Shown here: positions 1-8,510 of the stretch, piece by piece
Position numbering within the stretch: the stretch's first letter is position 1
Layout of the letters: every line of letters starts with the position of its first letter
Source of the DNA: Gloeobacterales cyanobacterium
GTDB taxonomy: Bacteria; Cyanobacteriota; Cyanobacteriia; Gloeobacterales; PMM-0068
Length of the DNA stretch: 55,803 nt
NCBI GenBank assembly: GCA_038245785.1
Contig: JBBRSB010000033.1
Span: 1 to 55,803 of the forward strand
Reading direction: 5' to 3'
The notes under the pieces: model-generated
The model's database searches: none
The model's input: the letters and a program-made list of their open reading frames with translations, nothing else
What the model was told of the DNA's origin: nothing
Program-made: the position numbers and the translations under genes

Positions 1-183
1 CGCTGAGAAGTATCTCCCCCAGCATAGGCATCAACGATTTTTTGGCGTAAGTCCAGAGAGTATGATTTCATTTCTGCTACCGAAAATATACAGGTGTTTA
101 ATGTTTTAGTTATACCTTACTAGCTTGAGAACCGCTATATCAATAACACCCTTGCCGCACTGGCCTTAGTCGCAGCGTTCGGC

Positions 184-831
184 ATGTTTTCAGCCAGTGG
201 AGAACCGGTCATTTCGGCGCTCAAGGGCACACTGATTGAAAAGCCTCTCGTAGCGCTTGGATGGACCAACACAATCGTATTTAATCTGTCAGTTGGCTAC
301 TTGGTCACCGTTTTTTTCTGGTTGCTTGTCGTGTACCTACCAGAAAGGGCCAGACGAACTCTCCTTCGCGAGAACCTGAGCTACCGCTACCAAGACTTCA
401 AAGAGGAAGTTGTCCAAAGCATGTTGTGGGCATCGATCGGCACACACGATTCGAGACTTCCCAAAGAGCTTGCAGACGACCATCTAAGATTCAAGGAATT
501 CTTCGACGAAGATGAGAAGCGCCACTGGTATGCCGCCTTGAACGGCATGCAGGGAAGCGAGGATCGGATGAGAGAACTATCTCTTGCGCTTCAAATGCTG
601 TCTGATGAAGTTGCTTATGTACTGAACAACGTCCCTATTCAAGATCCATCCGTCCATCGTTTCTTCAAAACCTTGAATGAAAACGTATATAGGCTCAACC
701 ATTCGGGCGCCGACCCTTACGATCAAGTGAAGCACGTTGGCGGCTTTCTCTGGACCATCCTGGCGCGCTGGAGCTTTGTTGATGGTCAACGCGAGACCGA
801 CGTTGTTCAAGAGATGATTGGTCGGCTGTAG
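184..831 (+). CDS. Hypothetical membrane-anchored protein, probable integron gene cassette ORF
   Basis: 215-aa ORF with an N-terminal hydrophobic segment, followed 13 nt after the stop by an attC-like site. The reading frame stays open and hydrophobic upstream to a TAG at 121-123, so the 5' end may be damaged. Confidence 0.6.
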   Translation: MFSASGEPVISALKGTLIEKPLVALGWTNTIVFNLSVGYLVTVFFWLLVVYLPERARRTLLRENLSYRYQDFKEEVVQSMLWASIGTHDSRLPKELADDHLRFKEFFDEDEKRHWYAALNGMQGSEDRMRELSLALQMLSDEVAYVLNNVPIQDPSVHRFFKTLNENVYRLNHSGADPYDQVKHVGGFLWTILARWSFVDGQRETDVVQEMIGRL

Positions 832-844
832 CAGTGGAACAGCG

Positions 845-902
845 GCCTAACCCTTCCTTCAGCGGACGTGCCTTCGGCACGCTGCTTAGTCAAACGTTAT
901 GC
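845..902 (+). mobile_element. Integron attC-like recombination site (59-base element)
   Basis: R'' GCCTAAC (845-851) and R' GTTATGC (896-902) enclose a central imperfect palindrome AGCGG-A-CGTGCC-TTC-GGCACG-CTGCT; 58 bp long and directly after an ORF. Confidence 0.8.
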
Positions 903-1072
903 TCTGGTGGGTTGAAGGAAGCACAGATGAAAGCTTACCTGCTTGGTCAAATTTAAGGTCGTGTGAAATCGATGTAGCTATGTTTGATAAGAAAGTGAGG
1001 GAAAAAGGAGAGCCTAAAGGAGGATTGTTTATAATGAGCAGAACACTTAAGATCCTCCTATCTCATCATTTT

Positions 1073-1309
1073 ATGCCAATCAATAGTGAAGATCTCAAAC
1101 AGGACCTTGAGCAACTCACCAAAGAGCAACTTCAGCAAGTTGCTGATTTTATTACCTTCCTAAAATTTCGGAATAAACGCCATCGTGCTGTTCTTGATCT
1201 TGCTCAGTTGGCTCTTCTGTTAACTGAGTTTGCAGAGGAAGACCTTGCTCTTGCTGAAGTAGGAATGAGCGATTATGTAGCGATGCTGGTTCAGGAAGAT
1301 CAGCGATGA
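1073..1309 (+). CDS. DUF2281-like putative antitoxin
   Basis: LEQLTKEQLQQVADFITFLK pattern; its stop overlaps (ATGA) the start of a MazF/PemK-like stub. Confidence 0.6.
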   Translation: MPINSEDLKQDLEQLTKEQLQQVADFITFLKFRNKRHRAVLDLAQLALLLTEFAEEDLALAEVGMSDYVAMLVQEDQR

Positions 1310-1344
1310 CTGGCCAGCTTAAACGTGGTGATGTCTGGTTAGCG
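1306..1344 (+). pseudogene. MazF/PemK-family toxin, N-terminal stub only
   Basis: Reads MTGQLKRGDVWLA (the typical KRGDxW start of PemK/MazF); similarity then breaks and the frame stops at 1395. Confidence 0.6.
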
Positions 1345-1501
1345 CAACGACGAAGTGCTGGAACGCATCTACATCGGTCGCCACTGCAAAAATGACACCG
1401 TTCGCAGCGCGTTCCCGCAGGGAAAACACCTCGAAAAACTCTTCGAGCTCTACACCAAAATGACTACGCAAGGCACCGAGCGCCTGAAAGTTGGCGGCTG
1501 A
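1343..1501 (+). pseudogene. C-terminal fragment of an MmeI/YeeA-like type IIL methyltransferase
   Basis: Reads RNDEVLERIYIGRHCKNDT[24-bp insert]EHLEKLFELYTKMT, matching the MmeI/YeeA-family C-terminus as I recall it. Confidence 0.6.
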
Positions 1502-1561
1502 AAGGAAAAATTAAGTGTGGAATGCTAGAGTCATACTAGTTCTTTGGAGCCAAACGATCCA

Positions 1562-1792
1562 ATGCTAACCCTAGAGCAACTCATTTCAGAAGCAACTGCA
1601 CTACCCGATGCAGCCAAGGCTATCCTCATAGACAAAATTATGGAAAGTATGACAGAACAAATTGATCAAGATATTTTGAGGGAGGGAATACAGAAAGCTC
1701 AAGAACGCATTGCCGAAATTGATAGCGGCGCAGTCCAAACCATTCCGGGAGATATTGCCTTGGCACAAGTCCGGCAACTCCTAGAAAAATGA
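1562..1792 (+). CDS. Addiction-module antitoxin
   Basis: Small acidic protein ending AQERIAEIDSGAVQTIPGD; ATGA overlap with a RelE/ParE toxin. Confidence 0.8.
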   Translation: MLTLEQLISEATALPDAAKAILIDKIMESMTEQIDQDILREGIQKAQERIAEIDSGAVQTIPGDIALAQVRQLLEK

Positions 1793-2073
1793 GATATGAA
1801 TTCCATCCAGCAGCCCTGCAAGAATATGCGGAAGCTGTGCAATTTTTTGCCCAGCAAGACAGACAACAAGATTTTATTAACACCATAGAAAACGCCATAT
1901 TTCGCATTATTGGGGCACCAGAGCGCTGGCCGATTGTTGAAGGCCAGATCCGTCGATATTTGACCCTCAAATTTTCCTATGCCATCTTATATCGAGTCTA
2001 TCCAGATAGAATTGTGATTGCGGCGATCATGAGTTGTCGTCGAGATCCAAGCTATTGGCAAGATCGCCTTTGA
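1789..2073 (+). CDS. RelE/ParE-family toxin
   Basis: MRYEFHPAALQE...IRRYLTLKFSYAILYR...RRDPSYW. Confidence 0.85.
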   Translation: MRYEFHPAALQEYAEAVQFFAQQDRQQDFINTIENAIFRIIGAPERWPIVEGQIRRYLTLKFSYAILYRVYPDRIVIAAIMSCRRDPSYWQDRL

Positions 2074-2354
2074 AAACTCGAACAAGCCATCATCATCGTG
2101 CCAGAGCAATCAGCTTCCATGATGAGCCTCTGAGCCAGTTTAGCTTTTGGGCGGATTGGCAAGTCGAACCCAAGTGGAACCTCTGCGACACACCGGGCAA
2201 GCCCCGCGCTCGATTCACCAATCTCATTGCCGAAACCTTTACATATAATGCATTGTAAAATGTTTGACTTGAAGCCCTGAAAGAGCTTTCCACGAGAGGA
2301 TCTTAAGGGTTTTAAGCTTATTGCACGACAAGTCTAATGGTGATAATTTTAACT

Positions 2355-2585
2355 ATGGACTACCGAAACTTCATTACAATTGAACACAATAAACGCGGTG
2401 GGAAGCCTTGCGTACGTGGTTTAAGAATTACGGTTTATGAAGTGCTCGACTACCTGGCTTCCGAGATGAATAAAGCAGAAATTCTCGACGATTTTCCCGA
2501 TCTGACGCGAGAAGATTTAAAAGCCTGCATTGCCTATGCTGCCGATCGTGAGCGGCGGTTAATGATCGCTCCATTATCTGCATGA
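2355..2585 (+). CDS. DUF433-family antitoxin
   Basis: RGGKPCVRGLRITVYEVL...ILDDFPDLTREDLKACIAYA. Confidence 0.9.
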   Translation: MDYRNFITIEHNKRGGKPCVRGLRITVYEVLDYLASEMNKAEILDDFPDLTREDLKACIAYAADRERRLMIAPLSA

Positions 2586-2692
2586 ACTTGCTTTTTGATG
2601 AAAACTTGTCGCCCAAGTTGCCGAACCGTTTGAGTGATCTTTTCCCATCTGTGTTCAAAAACATCGAATTATCCAGAGCCTTCTGCTCATAA
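2582..2692 (+). pseudogene. Truncated DUF5615 PIN-like toxin
   Basis: MNLLFDENLSPKLPNRLSDLFP start with ATGA overlap to the DUF433 gene; stops after 36 aa. Confidence 0.75.
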
Positions 2693-2774
2693 GGGCGGCA
2701 CTCCAAATTAACTAATAAATACGCTTTCACGGATTACTTCAGAAAACTATGGCTAACCGTAGCGTAACGGCGGA

Positions 2775-2895
2775 GCAACTTTTGGTTTAGTGTCATCCCA
2801 ATTTTTGCCTAAGAAACTGCGGATTTGACGCGCGGCCTGTTCCATCGCTGCTTTTGGACTCATTTGATTGGTTAAAGCAGCACTTCACTTGCGCT
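2775..2895. repeat. Diverged direct copy of 5667-5788 (3' end of the ABC binding-protein gene)
   Basis: Aligns by eye at roughly 80% identity with one gap; minus strand reads SAALTNQMSPKAAMEQAARQIRSFLG. Confidence 0.9.
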
Positions 2896-2930
2896 AAGCT
2901 TTGCCAAAAGTGAAAGGTATAGTGAAAAGT

Positions 2931-5072
2931 ATGTCGAGTCAGAGTACAGAAGGTCTATACATCGCTCTGATAAGCGTGCATGGCTTGATCCGTGGTCGGG
3001 ATTTGGAACTGGGACGCGATGCTGACACGGGCGGCCAGACCAAGTATGTCGTGGAACTTGCTCGCACTTTATCCCTACTGCCCGATATAGCGGCAGTGGA
3101 TCTGTTTACCCGTCTGGTGGCTGCCCCCGAAGTAGATGCAGATTACAGTGAGGAACTTGAAGATCTAGGAAATGGGGCACGTATTGTTCGCATTGTCGCC
3201 GGAGCCCCAGAGGACTATATCCCCAAGGAAGCCCTGTGGGATCACTTGGACAGTTTTGTTGATAACATGCTGGCGTTCATCCGTAATGCCGATCGCGTGC
3301 CTGACATTATCCACAGCCACTATGCAGATGCGGGCTATGTGGGCAGCCGTCTGGCCCATTTCCTTGAAGTTCCCCTAGTGCATACTGGTCATTCTTTAGG
3401 TAGAGTCAAACGTCGCCGCCTGTTGGCCAATGGCCTATCCTCAGACGAAATCGATCGCCGCTATAACATGCTGCGCCGCATTGAAGCAGAGGAAATGATT
3501 CTGACCAGTGCAGATCGAGTAATTACTAGCACCCGCCAGGAGATTGAGGAACAGTACGAATTTTATGACTGCTACTACCCCGATCGCATGCGTGTCATTC
3601 CTCCGGGCACGGATCTTGAGTTGTTTTATCCGCCCAAAGGCAATGAGTGGCAGACCCCGATCGGTAAGGAAATCTGTCGCTTTCTGCGTGAGCCGGATAA
3701 GCCTCTTATCCTTGCTTTATCCCGTCCCGACACCCGTAAAAATATTGGTGCTCTGATAGATGCCTATGGTGGTTCGGCCCAGTTGCAGGAACTGGCCAAT
3801 CTACTGGTTATCGCTGGCAACCGAGGCGAGATCAGCGAGATGAATGAGGGGGCGCAGGAAGTACTTAAGAATCTGCTCCTGGATATCGATCGCTACGATC
3901 TTTACGGTCGCGTGGCTTATCCCAAACACCACAAAGCCGACGAAGTGCCCTATATCTACCGTATCGCAGCCCTATCCGGAGGCATATTCGTCAACCCGGC
4001 TCTGACCGAACCCTTCGGACTAACCCTGATCGAGGCTGCCGCCAGTGGTCTGCCCATCGTGGCGACGGAAGACGGTGGCCCCCGTGACATCACCCGTAAT
4101 TGCGACAACGGTATCCTCATTAACCCCCTCGACAGCGATACCATTGCCACAGCACTGCTGACCCTGTTGGAAAACTCCGAAGAGCGACAACACCTGGTAG
4201 ACAACGGCCTACGCGGTGTGCGCAAACACTATTCCTGGGAAGCTCATGCCACGCGCTATCTAAGGACTATTCGCCCGTTGGTTGATAAGACTGAGGTGGT
4301 GGACCGTACGCCACTAACCCGCCGCCCCATGCTCTACCACGACCGAGCCATCTTCACCGATCTGGATCAGAACCTCTTGGGCAATCTCTCCGATCTGCCA
4401 CGTTTCATTGAGGTACTTCGCAAAAATCGCAGATCTACCACCTTTGGGATTGCAACGGGTCGGCGATTAGATACCACCCTTGAAGCCCTGCGCAAGCACC
4501 GCATCCCCGAACCCGACGTACTTATCACCAGTGGCGGCACCGCTATCTACTACAACCCAGATCTCACCGAAGATAGCTGGTGGTCGCAGCACATCGATCG
4601 TCGTTGGACTCCTAAAGAAGTACGGCGAGTGCTGTCAGGTATATCTGGTCTCGAATTGCAGCCGAAGGAACGACAGAGTCGATTCAAAATCAGCTATTTC
4701 TACCATTCCGACGTTGCGCCTACGGTAGAGGAGATTAATAGCTTGCTTTATCAGGAAGACTTAGCCGTTAATGTAATCCTCTCCTTCGGCCAGTATCTCG
4801 ACATTCTCCCCATCCGTGCATCCAAGGGTCAGGCTTTGCGCTACGTTGCAGATCGGTGGGGTATCCCCCTGGAGCAGACCCTAGTAGCGGGTGGCTCTGG
4901 TGCCGATGAGGATATGATGCGGGGAAATACCTTGGCAGTGGTAGTGGCCAACCGCCACAACGAGGAACTGTCGCATCTGATGGATACCGATCGCATCTAC
5001 TACGCGAAGCAAGCTTACGCCCTAGGAATTTTGGAGGCCATAGAGCACTTTGATTTCTTCCGCAGCACGTAG
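2931..5072 (+). CDS. sps: Sucrose-phosphate synthase (GT-B domain plus C-terminal SPP-like HAD domain)
   Basis: [56 protein letters not shown]-like [10 protein letters not shown] and ATGR motifs. Confidence 0.95.
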   Translation: MSSQSTEGLYIALISVHGLIRGRDLELGRDADTGGQTKYVVELARTLSLLPDIAAVDLFTRLVAAPEVDADYSEELEDLGNGARIVRIVAGAPEDYIPKEALWDHLDSFVDNMLAFIRNADRVPDIIHSHYADAGYVGSRLAHFLEVPLVHTGHSLGRVKRRRLLANGLSSDEIDRRYNMLRRIEAEEMILTSADRVITSTRQEIEEQYEFYDCYYPDRMRVIPPGTDLELFYPPKGNEWQTPIGKEICRFLREPDKPLILALSRPDTRKNIGALIDAYGGSAQLQELANLLVIAGNRGEISEMNEGAQEVLKNLLLDIDRYDLYGRVAYPKHHKADEVPYIYRIAALSGGIFVNPALTEPFGLTLIEAAASGLPIVATEDGGPRDITRNCDNGILINPLDSDTIATALLTLLENSEERQHLVDNGLRGVRKHYSWEAHATRYLRTIRPLVDKTEVVDRTPLTRRPMLYHDRAIFTDLDQNLLGNLSDLPRFIEVLRKNRRSTTFGIATGRRLDTTLEALRKHRIPEPDVLITSGGTAIYYNPDLTEDSWWSQHIDRRWTPKEVRRVLSGISGLELQPKERQSRFKISYFYHSDVAPTVEEINSLLYQEDLAVNVILSFGQYLDILPIRASKGQALRYVADRWGIPLEQTLVAGGSGADEDMMRGNTLAVVVANRHNEELSHLMDTDRIYYAKQAYALGILEAIEHFDFFRST

Positions 5073-5145
5073 GCCTAAATTCAAAAACTGCACCTGCGAT
5101 TATAAATTTCTCATCAATCTCACGCAATATTCTGGGAGTTCCTGC

Positions 5146-5682
5146 ATGTCTCTTATCCCATTCTCCATTCGTGTTCTTGGCCTCGATGATGCTGCATTGA
5201 TGAGAGCTGTATTGACCATGTTCGGCGAGGCCATTCAGGAGGTGCAAACCTACAGTGGCTCCCAGCCCAGCACGGCCTATCTGGAGCGCCTTCTTGGGAG
5301 CGATACTTTCATCGCGCTCGCTGCCTTAAAAGGCGACGAAGTTGTTGGAGGAATCGCGGCCTATGTACTACCTAAGTTCGAGCAGGAACGAAGTGAGATT
5401 TACATTTACGACCTGGCAGTGGCTGATGCGCATAGGAGAGAGGGTATTGCCACTGTTCTGATCATGGAGCTCAAGAGAATTGCGTCTTTGCGCGGCGCCT
5501 ATGTGATCTTCGTGCAGGCCGATCTTGGTGATGATCCAGCCATAGCGCTGTACACCAAACTGGGTACTCGCGAGGATGTTCTGCACTTTGACATCGCAAC
5601 TGAGGGGCAGGTGCCGCATAACAATTTATTCAAGCCGAACCCTTCTATCGAGCGGACCTCCGCAGGGCAACTTTTGGTTTAG
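5146..5682 (+). CDS. AAC(3)-I family aminoglycoside N-acetyltransferase (GNAT)
   Basis: [70 protein letters not shown] before the ATG at 5146. Confidence 0.9.
   Translation: MSLIPFSIRVLGLDDAALMRAVLTMFGEAIQEVQTYSGSQPSTAYLERLLGSDTFIALAALKGDEVVGGIAAYVLPKFEQERSEIYIYDLAVADAHRREGIATVLIMELKRIASLRGAYVIFVQADLGDDPAIALYTKLGTREDVLHFDIATEGQVPHNNLFKPNPSIERTSAGQLLV
5616..5670 (+). mobile_element. Truncated or chimeric attC left-half remnants
   Basis: GCATAAC-AATTT-ATTCAAGCCGAAC runs into GCCGAAC-CCTTC-TATCGAGCGGACC, which resembles 845-867; no R' GTTRRRY half is present. Confidence 0.6.
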
Positions 5683-5684
5683 GG

Positions 5685-6980
5685 TCAGTCCGATTTAGTG
5701 CCCAAAAGACTGCGGGTTTCGCGGGCGGCCTGTTCCATCGCTGCTTTCGGACTCATTTGATTGGTCAGCGCAGCACTTAAGTAACGCTGCAGAATATCGG
5801 AAGCTTGGGCGTACTGGGGAATGGGAGGACGCAATACGGCTCGGTCCATCACAGGAACAAGCGAGGGAAAATGGGGATACTTTTTGACAAGCTGCGGGTC
5901 GGTAAAAAGGGCACGACGACTGGGAGGTACGCCCGTATCTAAGACATATTGACGCTGGGATTCAACGCTGGTTATAAATTGAACTGCCCGCCATGCTTCT
6001 TCAGGATGGCGCGTGGTAGCTGCTATTCCTATCCCTAAGCCTCCCTGACAGGCTCCACTTCGCTGCCCTACAGCATGAACCATCGGTATCAAACCAATTT
6101 TTCCGCGCACTGGAACGTCAGGTTTACTGGCTTCAGCCCAGACATAGGGCCAATTTCGAAGGAATACCGCTCCACCACTTTGGAACAAGCGACGACTTTC
6201 ATCCTCTTGATAGGTAGTTACCCCTGGCGGCGAGATGCCTTGCTTGATTGTGCTCTGCAAGAACGTCACTGCTTCAATCGCTTCGGGGCGATCCAGTCCT
6301 ACTTGATTGGTTTTCGGGTTAATCCACAAACCACCATAGCCTTCTAAGATTTCCGTGAACATGGCTGCTAAGCCTTCATATTGCTTGCCTTGCCAAAGAT
6401 AACCCCACTTCGCTTTGCCTTGCTTTTGCAGCGTCTGCGAAATTTGGACCATCTCCGTGAAAGTTTCAGGAGGCTTGAGACCCGCTTCTTTCAAAAGGTC
6501 CGTTCGGTAGTAAAGTAATCCTGCATCCGAGCGGAAAGGCACCCGATAGAGTTTTCCTTTGTACTTCCCACCCTCTATATCTCCCGACAAGAAAGCTTTC
6601 TGTTCCTGAGGAGGCAGCTTTTCAGAAAGGTCCATCAACCAACCAGCGGCTGCAAATTTAGGCACCCAGACAATATCCATGAACACCAGGTCATAGGGTG
6701 AATCGCCGAGTAAGAAGGAAGAAGTATACAGATCTTCCACAAGGTTCGTCGCCGTTGGCCCTTCGACAGGTTCAAGACGGAGGTCAGGGTTTTTAGCCGT
6801 GAATTGCCTGGCGAGAATGGCCCACTCTTTCGTATCAAAAGCAGGTATCAAAACCTTTATGGTGATTGGGTCTTTGGCAAAAGCAGCGGTCGTCAGAGCC
6901 CATAGGAATAGGATCAGAAGCCCAGCCTGTTTCACCCAGAACCGAACGGTCAACGGATAAAAGTATTTACCAAGCATCAT
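5685..6980 (-). CDS. Sugar ABC transporter substrate-binding protein
   Basis: Signal peptide; DLVFMDIVW, LLYYRTDLL, QGKQYEGL, FLRNWPY motifs. Confidence 0.9.
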   Translation of the reverse strand: MMLGKYFYPLTVRFWVKQAGLLILFLWALTTAAFAKDPITIKVLIPAFDTKEWAILARQFTAKNPDLRLEPVEGPTATNLVEDLYTSSFLLGDSPYDLVFMDIVWVPKFAAAGWLMDLSEKLPPQEQKAFLSGDIEGGKYKGKLYRVPFRSDAGLLYYRTDLLKEAGLKPPETFTEMVQISQTLQKQGKAKWGYLWQGKQYEGLAAMFTEILEGYGGLWINPKTNQVGLDRPEAIEAVTFLQSTIKQGISPPGVTTYQEDESRRLFQSGGAVFLRNWPYVWAEASKPDVPVRGKIGLIPMVHAVGQRSGACQGGLGIGIAATTRHPEEAWRAVQFITSVESQRQYVLDTGVPPSRRALFTDPQLVKKYPHFPSLVPVMDRAVLRPPIPQYAQASDILQRYLSAALTNQMSPKAAMEQAARETRSLLGTKSD

Positions 6981-7069
6981 AGGCCTGTCTTGAACCTTGC
7001 CATCTTATCCTCTGCAGAGAAGAGACAGGCAAGCCCCTGTAGGAAGCAAGGAGAAATGGAGATCCGGTT

Positions 7070-7103
7070 CCCTCCCCTTACGAAGGGGAGGGCTAGGGTG
7101 GGG
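7070..7103. repeat. REP-like palindrome
   Basis: Perfect 10-bp stem CCCTCCCCTT-ACG-AAGGGGAGGG followed by CTAGGGTGGGG. Confidence 0.7.
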
Positions 7104-7107
7104 TGCG

Positions 7108-7803
7108 CTATTTGTTCTTAACAACCATGTCCGGGAGGGTTGCACCCGCAAGCTCACGCAGTCCTGAGTCGCTGTCTTTAAGACCTTTAATCAGTAAACT
7201 GACGCCTTGTTGGTCACGGGTTTGGGCTACATAGGCAACCGCTAACATGCGAACGGGTACTTCACTGTCGTTACCGGCTTGCTGCAGTAGGGGCCATGCG
7301 CGAGTGCGCTCTTCTGGTTTGATCTGAGTGGCTAGCTGTTCGGCCTTCTGCTTGGGGTCTGTTCCTTGACGCACCTGTTCGATAGCATTGCGGACTTTCG
7401 TCTCGACATCTTCTTCTTTCGCAGCTGGAGCAGCAACCGGAGCTTTGGCGGGAGTTGGGGCGCTAGTCACGGTAGGTTGAGCCACAGTACTCACTGCAGC
7501 TACAGATTTTTTCTCGGGGGTTGGAACAGCAGTGCTCAAGAAAGGAACCGCCACACGGATTTTGGAACCTGTGCGCACCAGAGGTTGATCGAGTTTGAGG
7601 GTTTTAAGGTCTGCGGCTGGCTTCCCCTCTGGGGTGAGTCGAAGCCCTCCCGCCGCTCGAATAGCATCGCGAGATGTAGCTTTGTCGTTTACCAGATAAG
7701 GTCCGGGGAAACGAACAGCACCGGACACATCGACCAGTTGTTCAGCCTGAGCGACCGTTCCACACAAGAGTAGTAGGCTAAGAGCTAGAGAAATAGAGCG
7801 CAT
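7108..7803 (-). CDS. Secreted SLBB (ComEA N-terminal-like) plus HEAT-repeat protein
   Basis: Signal peptide; VDVSGAVRFPGPY..DAIRAAGGL..ADL; P/A/T-rich linker; DSEVPVRMLAV..LKDSDSGLRELAG HEAT-like repeats. Confidence 0.65.
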   Translation of the reverse strand: MRSISLALSLLLLCGTVAQAEQLVDVSGAVRFPGPYLVNDKATSRDAIRAAGGLRLTPEGKPAADLKTLKLDQPLVRTGSKIRVAVPFLSTAVPTPEKKSVAAVSTVAQPTVTSAPTPAKAPVAAPAAKEEDVETKVRNAIEQVRQGTDPKQKAEQLATQIKPEERTRAWPLLQQAGNDSEVPVRMLAVAYVAQTRDQQGVSLLIKGLKDSDSGLRELAGATLPDMVVKNK

Positions 7804-7811
7804 CGGTCTTC

Positions 7812-8510
7812 CTAGTTACGAGCAGTAATGCGAGTTTGGACAACAAGAGATTGATCAGCTGTTTTAAGTGATTGCTGTCCTGCCATATTGGTAGTAGTGC
7901 CTTTCAAATAAACAATCCCTGTTTTTTTGGTTGTATCGACGACAGAGGTATTGATGCAGTTAGTTGTATTTTGACTAGTTAAACAATTAGTTGTAGTTTG
8001 AGCAACTAAGTTATCTGCCAAAACTCTTCCTGTAGAAACATTAATTGCGGTAGGAACTGCTTGAGTAGGGAGATTAGCAGCAGTGATGGTAGTATTTGTA
8101 GAATCTTGATAGTAAGAGAGTACTTTTGGGCCATTGTAATTTATTGAATCCGGTCTATCCGCAAGATAGAACAGCATGAATTTATAATCATCCGTTGTAG
8201 CCGTACTAACATCAGGTGCATAGAAGCCAATGACAGGTTGTACGCCTGTAGCTCCTGACAGGGTAGCGCTCGTAAAATCGCCAAGACCATAGAGGCGAGA
8301 AGCTTGTTGGACTTCATCGCTGATAAAGTCTAGGCTTGGTTTTAATTCCTGGGATAGTGCCGTCGCTTGGCTTCCTCCGGAGGCTTGACCACCCACTTTA
8401 CTGATAGCAAAAGACATCGCTGCACCGATGATCACGCTGATGCTGGCAGAAACCAGAAGTTCAACCAGGGTAAATCCACGCCTGTTGCGCTTATGGATCA
8501 TATTCATCAT
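7812..8510 (-). CDS. Minor type IV pilin (PilW-like)
   Basis: RRG|FTLVELLV prepilin cleavage/methylation motif. Confidence 0.8.
   Translation of the reverse strand: MMNMIHKRNRRGFTLVELLVSASISVIIGAAMSFAISKVGGQASGGSQATALSQELKPSLDFISDEVQQASRLYGLGDFTSATLSGATGVQPVIGFYAPDVSTATTDDYKFMLFYLADRPDSINYNGPKVLSYYQDSTNTTITAANLPTQAVPTAINVSTGRVLADNLVAQTTTNCLTSQNTTNCINTSVVDTTKKTGIVYLKGTTTNMAGQQSLKTADQSLVVQTRITARN

Noticed and set aside
899..1072. Long N-terminal extension of the antitoxin ORF starting inside the attC
   Set aside because: Family-like sequence begins only at ATG 1073.
2074..2260. Coding-like fragment (FSFWADWQVEPKWNLCDTPG)
   Set aside because: I could not assign it to any family and it has no clear start.
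2751..2775. GGCTAAC..GCGGA before the left duplicated segment as a third attC half
   Set aside because: Poor L-box match and no complementary half.
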